The translations under genes were made by a program, and so were the position numbers. Shown here in pieces: positions 58,243 to 64,000 of a stretch of DNA of 64,000 nucleotides (position 1 is the stretch's first letter; every line of letters begins with the position of its first letter). This DNA is from an uncultured Bacilli bacterium. Its GTDB lineage: Bacteria > Bacillota_I > Bacilli_A > RF39 > UBA660. The DNA is taken from positions 31,500 through 95,499 of the forward strand of contig CAKPCA010000001.1 of assembly GCA_934141145.1 (NCBI GenBank), given 5' to 3'. Below the pieces are notes generated by a model. The model made no database searches and was not told the DNA's origin. It was given only the letters and a program-made list of their open reading frames with translations.

Positions 58243-60855
58243 TTATTTTTTTAATTTTCCTTTTATTACAAATAACGCAATAATTACTGTAAGTATACCA
58301 CCAATTATTAAAGCATATCTTATTCTATCTTGACCTGTTGATATATTGATTACAAGTTCAGCTTGTGCACTTGCTTCTTCCTCAACAGTTACTTTTTTAT
58401 TTATCAATATAGGATTACCTGATACATAACCATTTTCACTTACTACAAGATCTACATATGCTTCACTTTCTTTTGGTAATACAAATCCCTCTGGAGCTTC
58501 TATTTCAACAATACGATATTTAGTTTTTGCATCTATTTCTTTAAAGGTTACAATACCATTTATAGGAGTAAATATGTATATATCACTTTCGCCTGTTTTG
58601 TCTATTGTATAATAATTTTCTTTTTCATGATATATAAGCGCTACATCCTCATACCTAGATGTTTTTTCATTATAAACTTGAAGTTTAAATTTACCATCAC
58701 TTAAATAATTACCATCTTCATCTATCTTATAAAAACTAAATTCACCTTTTGCATTACTAATTGATTTATAAATAATAGGAGCAGAATCTTTACCTACTAC
58801 AACATCTATTTCTGTCCATTCATTTTCTTTAGTTATTTCATAACCATCAATAGTAACAGTCTCCTTTAAATAATACTTACCTGCTGGCAAATAGTTTATT
58901 GTAGCTCTACCTTGATCATTTGTTATTATCTGAATTGGACTTGTTGCTAGTGGAGAATATTCATATTCTCCAGTATTCGCATTTTTTAAAAGTGGTATTT
59001 GCTTTGTTTTTTTACTATCATATAGTTCAAATTGAACACCTGGTAATACTTTACCAGAGGTACCTGCCTTTAATATTTCTACTTTGGTTAAGAAATTTTT
59101 AGCAGTTACCACAGCATTATTTACTTTATCATAATTTTTTGTACTAGAATTATAAACTTGTAAATCCGAATTATTATCAATTAATATTTTAGTTTCTCTG
59201 TCTTGTTGCTTACCTGCAAGTACATATGGATATGGAACATTAGTTTCAACTATAGTATATTTACCTTTAGGTAATAGTGCTAATCTGTACTCATTACTTG
59301 AAGGATTAACAATATCCGTTATACTACCATTTGCATTATATCTATAAATTCCCGTATTATCTAAATTGAATTTTACTAGATTACCATTTTCGTCCTTAAC
59401 CTGAAAAGTAGCACCATTTACTGCACTATTATCTCGACCATCAATTTTGCGAATAGTAATTGTTTTAGGTTTATTTTCAACAACTAAACTTTCTTTATAT
59501 ATACCATTTTCATCTTTTCTTATATTTACAGGTGCTGTACCTGGTACATCTGATATTACTGTTCCAGTGTTTCTAATATTTATTTTAAATATAAATTCTT
59601 GCAAACTAGTATATCCATATGGTACCACTGTTTCTCTTAGTATATATTTACCAGATTTATTTACCTTTACTTCTACTTCTTCTGCGTTATTAGTAAGATC
59701 TATCTCACTTACTAATTCACTCTTTTCACAATTACTGCCTTTACATTTTAGTAATTCAAATTTTGAACCAGGTAATAATTCTTTTGTTTCAGAATCTATT
59801 TTTGAAATATTGAATTTTCCTGTTTCTGTTTGTATATAAAAATTACTAGAAACTGATAAACCATAATTACCCATCAAAATATCTTGAGCATCACTATGAT
59901 TTGTAAATTTATACCAAGTAAATGTTGAGTTTGTCGTACTTCCTCTTCTTAATTCTATATTTATTGTTTCAGGATTTTTATATTGTTTTGTAGAATATAT
60001 TAACACATTATTATTACTGTCTTTTGATGTTATTGATACACCATCTGGTAATGGATTAACATAATTATAATTACCTAGAGTTACATTGTTAGATTCATAT
60101 CTATCATTAGCATCACTCCAATTTAAAGTAATTGTTTCACCAGTTAATGCTAATCTATTAGGATCAGATAATTCTTCTGCATCATCCAATATAGAATTAT
60201 ACGCACTTCTTAAAGTTGCATTACTTTTTACAAAATCTTGATAAGCTAAATTCCCTTGTGGATTTTTAGTATATCCTTGTTCCCCAGTTCTTCCGCCTGT
60301 CATTACTTCCCATACAAGTAGTTGTGTTGCAAAAAATCTTGCACAAGTTGTAGAATTATTACATGAGCCTACAGATTTATCACTACTATCTGCAACATAT
60401 GTTCCTCCAACATAACTATCTATTCCACCAAGATTACCCTGACTTGCGAGTATATTTTTAAGCACTGCTTGAGTTGCAAGCTCTGTTGCATTATTATTTA
60501 TATCTCCGAGCATATTATGACCAAAAGAATTATTAAGTTCTCCAAAGCCTAAATGTTTTCCCAAAGAAGCACCACTATATACCTGTTTTCCTAAAGACAA
60601 GCAATATCCCTGAGTTACATTATTATTATCATCTACAATACCATATACATCCGTATAATTATATCCACCTAAACTATGTATTTCTAGTTTAATCGTTTCA
60701 GAACCTCTTCCTATATACATATCATCTGTTGGATAATAATTAATAAAACTTCCTAATGGCATTCTTTTAAATCTAAATGTTTCTGCATTAACACTAAAAA
60801 GAGGTAATATTAATGCGGACAAAAAAGCTAAAGTTATTATTATAAATTTTTTCAT
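58243..60855 (-). CDS. Large cell-surface protein: putative thioester domain followed by four or more CnaB/prealbumin-like domains and a C-terminal membrane anchor
   Basis: Signal peptide. Candidate TED residues GYCLSLG and ATQLLVWEV. Repeated xPYGY/PEGF/IDGY beta-sandwich domains. C-terminal RYALIIGGILTVIIALFVIKGKLKK. Confidence 0.5.
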   Translation of the reverse strand: MKKFIIITLAFLSALILPLFSVNAETFRFKRMPLGSFINYYPTDDMYIGRGSETIKLEIHSLGGYNYTDVYGIVDDNNNVTQGYCLSLGKQVYSGASLGKHLGFGELNNSFGHNMLGDINNNATELATQAVLKNILASQGNLGGIDSYVGGTYVADSSDKSVGSCNNSTTCARFFATQLLVWEVMTGGRTGEQGYTKNPQGNLAYQDFVKSNATLRSAYNSILDDAEELSDPNRLALTGETITLNWSDANDRYESNNVTLGNYNYVNPLPDGVSITSKDSNNNVLIYSTKQYKNPETINIELRRGSTTNSTFTWYKFTNHSDAQDILMGNYGLSVSSNFYIQTETGKFNISKIDSETKELLPGSKFELLKCKGSNCEKSELVSEIDLTNNAEEVEVKVNKSGKYILRETVVPYGYTSLQEFIFKINIRNTGTVISDVPGTAPVNIRKDENGIYKESLVVENKPKTITIRKIDGRDNSAVNGATFQVKDENGNLVKFNLDNTGIYRYNANGSITDIVNPSSNEYRLALLPKGKYTIVETNVPYPYVLAGKQQDRETKILIDNNSDLQVYNSSTKNYDKVNNAVVTAKNFLTKVEILKAGTSGKVLPGVQFELYDSKKTKQIPLLKNANTGEYEYSPLATSPIQIITNDQGRATINYLPAGKYYLKETVTIDGYEITKENEWTEIDVVVGKDSAPIIYKSISNAKGEFSFYKIDEDGNYLSDGKFKLQVYNEKTSRYEDVALIYHEKENYYTIDKTGESDIYIFTPINGIVTFKEIDAKTKYRIVEIEAPEGFVLPKESEAYVDLVVSENGYVSGNPILINKKVTVEEEASAQAELVINISTGQDRIRYALIIGGILTVIIALFVIKGKLKK

Positions 60856-60866
60856 ACTATTACCTC

Positions 60867-63800
60867 CTATTTCCCACTATTGTTTAATTTTCTATTTATT
60901 GTGTTACCATTTTTATCTTTGATTTCGATACCCTCTAATAAATTAACACTTGTATCCATTACTTTTAAGTCTTGTGCTGATACAAAATTTACATATGTAC
61001 CACCATTATCTGTTTTTAAATCAAGTACAATTGTCATATAATATTTTTCACCAGGTAATATTAATGTTCCTGCCAATTTTGAATAATATAAATTATTTCC
61101 ATTTAAATACCAGCCATCATTTGCCGCAAGTTTATTATCAAAAGTCATTCCATCAGGTATTGTTTCTATTATTGTACCAATAGTTCCTGGAAAATATTTA
61201 GAATTTTCTATTTCAAATTTATATGTAACTCTAAATGTAGTATTCTTTAAATTTTTAACATCTATCTTTACTTTTGTTTGCTTGTCATAATCATATGAAC
61301 TAGTACCTCTATTAGAATTTACAACAACATTAGTAATATATTTTTTTATATTTACGCCAAAATTTTGTCTTATTCTAAGGCCTATATCTATATGAGATTG
61401 CTTAACATTTTTATTATCTAATGTTACTACTCTAGATATTGCATCACAAGTTCCAGATATCATACTTGCATCCGAATCTATATCAGAGGTATCACCTATA
61501 TTCTCATCAACCTTATTTTGTTCTGTAACAGTATATTTATCACAGTCGTATGTATATTTTATATAATAATTTCCTTGAGATAATCCTTTGAATTTATAAT
61601 AACCATTTTTATCTGTTATAGAATCTCCTAAAAGTTCGTCATTTTCTAAATTAACTTTACCATCTGATGATTTTACTTTATATATACTAACAGCAACATC
61701 ATTCAATCTTTTTTCTGATGTACTATAATATCCATTATAATCATAATCTTCAAAAGCATACCCTGATATTTCTCTATTATAAACAGAGGCATAACTTATA
61801 TTAGATGCTACTGGAGTTGTAATATTTTTATCCCCATTGCAATCTTTTTCTTCTTCTGTACAAGTATTTTTAGTTGTACTTAATATATAAAAATTATTAT
61901 AATATTCGTCCCCTTCTTTATTTCCAGAAGTTTTCATAATCAAGTTTATCCCGTTGCCAGCAAAATATCCATTGTTAGGAATTTTATTTACCGCAACAAT
62001 TTTTATTGCCGATATACCTGAAACATTATTCGTATAGTTTGTCCATTTTGTCCAATTGTTAGAATTAGATGAGCTTAGTTCCTTATTTAATAAAGTTTTT
62101 GAATTTTCTTTTGTATAATATGCCTCATAACCTGCTGGTAAAGTTTCTGCAAGTCTTACAGATATATTTCCATCAAATTCTGAACCTTCACCTACAGAAT
62201 CACCAGAATATGGAATTACTTTTATCAAAGATAAACTCTTCTCTTCACCTGATATATTTGCCGCTCTCATATTATAAATCATTTCACCATTTTTCTCAAA
62301 ATAAGTGGATGAACTCATCTTTCCTATAGTATTTATTACATTGGTATTTTTTAACAATATATTTACATTTTTACTTCTTGATTCTTCTGTTGTGTATGTT
62401 CCAAATTCTGTTGTTGCATCAATATTAGGTTTTAATATAGCATCTATTGTTGCTCTTACATTTGCTAAAGTATCATCAGATACAGCTATACCAATATATG
62501 CATGTAATTGTAGACTATCTACAACACTCGCATTACCATACTTTATATCATCTTCTGTATATGTATATTTATATTCATTATAATTAATATCATTTATTAC
62601 CTTATTTCCAACATAAGTAAGTTCTAAATCCCCTTGTTCATAAGTCAATTCAAGTTCACTAGGCAAATATATATGTAATGTTGCATTTTTAAATGTAGCA
62701 TTAGGATCTGATTTTTTTAATATAGGACTTATCTTTATTGATATTGGATCTGTAAATCCTGAATATATTGTATTCTTTTTAGAATCATTTTTATCTCTTA
62801 CTTCAATATCAGATAGAGTTACTTTAAATGGAGTTATTAAGATTGTATTACCGTACTCATTATTTGGTATATTAGTATTATCAACTTTTTCATGTAAGCT
62901 ATTATATTCTGTTTTTGTATAATATAAATCTGCTTTTAAATCAGCAACAGATTTTCTTGAAACACCAGACAAATAGTATATTTTATTATCATCTATCGTT
63001 GTACCTCTTGATACAATTTGAGTTGTTTTTCCAATATTTGATATATTATTTACTGCCTTTGCTTTTAATCTTATAATTGTCTTAGTTGCTGGATAGTATT
63101 CTTGATTGAATTGATATTTGAATAATATAATTTTATTTCTATTATTTTCGTCTTCTTCTGCTAACGTAGCGATTGAATCATACCACTTAACTTTACCGTC
63201 GATTTCTTCAATACATGGACCACCATAATAATTCATTAACTCATCTTTAGTAAGCTTAGATAAATTTTTAGGGCAAAAGCTTGGTGCTCCATCCTTTATT
63301 TTAAAATTAGCTATATTCCATTCTCCAACACCATATGACACTTTATACAATCCTTCTGTAGTTAAATCAGTATTTTGTTTTTCATTTGATGATGAAACAT
63401 TAATATAATAATCCAACGTTTCATCAGATAAGTTTCCAACATCTAATAACTTTATCATTGAATTATCAATCTTAATATAATTTGTTAATCCTTTTTTTAG
63501 TACATCTCCTGATTTTTCAGCATATGTTATTGTATTTTGAATGTAAAATTCTTCATTATAATTGTATTTTGCTTCACCCGGTGTTTCAAATGTAACATTT
63601 TTATCAATAGTTGTTGTTATATTTGATGAATTTATAAAATCTATTTTAGTTGAATAATCACCAACAAATTCCACATAATTATCAAGTACCTGTACAGTAT
63701 CATTATTCATTTCAAACTGTATAAGTGCATCTTTATTACTTAATTTTTCTGAATTAACTGCAAAAACATTTGAACTAACATAAGATACAAATTCTTCCTT

Positions 63801-64000
63801 TTCATTTGTTCCTATATTTGTTGTATCAGTATTGTAATTAATATTCTCGAAATTTAATTTATATGTCTTCTTGTCACCTTCAATTGTTGTTATTTCTTCA
63901 TAACCAATATTAGCATTTTTACCATTTTTATATGAATTTGGTAGATTTTTTACATTAAATTTATTTTCATCATAGTCACCTTTATCAAGATATGAAATAT
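60867..64000 (-). CDS. Very large surface/adhesin-like protein, N-terminally truncated by the window edge (>1040 aa)
   Basis: The ORF track starts it at 63710, but the reading frame stays open upstream to the window end (... NIGTNEKEEFVSYVSSNVFAVNSEKLSNKDALIQFEMNNDTVQ ...). It contains an SdrD-B / CnaB-like Ca-binding module (DYDYNGYY ... DKNGYYKF ... DTSDIDSD). Confidence 0.5.
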   Translation of the reverse strand, partial: ISYLDKGDYDENKFNVKNLPNSYKNGKNANIGYEEITTIEGDKKTYKLNFENINYNTDTTNIGTNEKEEFVSYVSSNVFAVNSEKLSNKDALIQFEMNNDTVQVLDNYVEFVGDYSTKIDFINSSNITTTIDKNVTFETPGEAKYNYNEEFYIQNTITYAEKSGDVLKKGLTNYIKIDNSMIKLLDVGNLSDETLDYYINVSSSNEKQNTDLTTEGLYKVSYGVGEWNIANFKIKDGAPSFCPKNLSKLTKDELMNYYGGPCIEEIDGKVKWYDSIATLAEEDENNRNKIILFKYQFNQEYYPATKTIIRLKAKAVNNISNIGKTTQIVSRGTTIDDNKIYYLSGVSRKSVADLKADLYYTKTEYNSLHEKVDNTNIPNNEYGNTILITPFKVTLSDIEVRDKNDSKKNTIYSGFTDPISIKISPILKKSDPNATFKNATLHIYLPSELELTYEQGDLELTYVGNKVINDINYNEYKYTYTEDDIKYGNASVVDSLQLHAYIGIAVSDDTLANVRATIDAILKPNIDATTEFGTYTTEESRSKNVNILLKNTNVINTIGKMSSSTYFEKNGEMIYNMRAANISGEEKSLSLIKVIPYSGDSVGEGSEFDGNISVRLAETLPAGYEAYYTKENSKTLLNKELSSSNSNNWTKWTNYTNNVSGISAIKIVAVNKIPNNGYFAGNGINLIMKTSGNKEGDEYYNNFYILSTTKNTCTEEEKDCNGDKNITTPVASNISYASVYNREISGYAFEDYDYNGYYSTSEKRLNDVAVSIYKVKSSDGKVNLENDELLGDSITDKNGYYKFKGLSQGNYYIKYTYDCDKYTVTEQNKVDENIGDTSDIDSDASMISGTCDAISRVVTLDNKNVKQSHIDIGLRIRQNFGVNIKKYITNVVVNSNRGTSSYDYDKQTKVKIDVKNLKNTTFRVTYKFEIENSKYFPGTIGTIIETIPDGMTFDNKLAANDGWYLNGNNLYYSKLAGTLILPGEKYYMTIVLDLKTDNGGTYVNFVSAQDLKVMDTSVNLLEGIEIKDKNGNTINRKLNNSGK

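Noticed and set aside
1-64000. CRISPR arrays, tRNA or rRNA genes
   Set aside because: No regularly spaced direct repeats and no GC-rich structured segments of tRNA/rRNA length. Intergenic regions are short and AT-rich.

Overview
Low-GC, AT-rich chromosomal window from a spore-forming Firmicute (Clostridia/Erysipelotrichia-like). Almost everything is on the minus strand, with no rRNA, tRNA, CRISPR or obvious prophage. The backbone is conserved housekeeping and sporulation genes: scpA (5' end only), spoIIAA-sigF-spoVAC/D/E, prsA, recX, rpoZ, ffh-ylxM-ftsY, rnj, pnp-rpsO, truB, pepT, lysS, dusB, spoIVA, der, engB, nrnA, ackA, an alpha/beta SASP, yunB, rluB and a D-Ala-D-Ala carboxypeptidase. Accessory or unusual modules sit between them: (1) a 732-aa protein fusing a type IV prepilin N-terminus to a BspA-type leucine-rich-repeat domain, followed by an out-of-context MraZ paralog directly upstream of scpA; (2) a spoIIAA-sigF pair with no room for a spoIIAB anti-sigma kinase; (3) two tandem YjcZ-family micro-genes (41 and 27 aa) missing from the ORF track; (4) a HigB-like toxin overlapping an XRE-HTH/ImmA-IrrE metallopeptidase fusion, inserted with CotD-like, tandem-ASCH and unknown genes between rpoZ and ffh; (5) a two-component system plus MacB/FtsX-type ABC transporter plus small sortase plus thioester-domain (TED)/CnaB adhesin block; (6) a second surface-protein island at the window end with another TED/CnaB protein and a >947-aa adhesin that runs off the window; (7) tandem paralogous Cys-motif proteins between engB and nrnA; (8) a non-RibF protein in the conserved ribF slot between truB and rpsO. 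Several promoters, terminators and a 14-bp perfect palindrome are readable directly.
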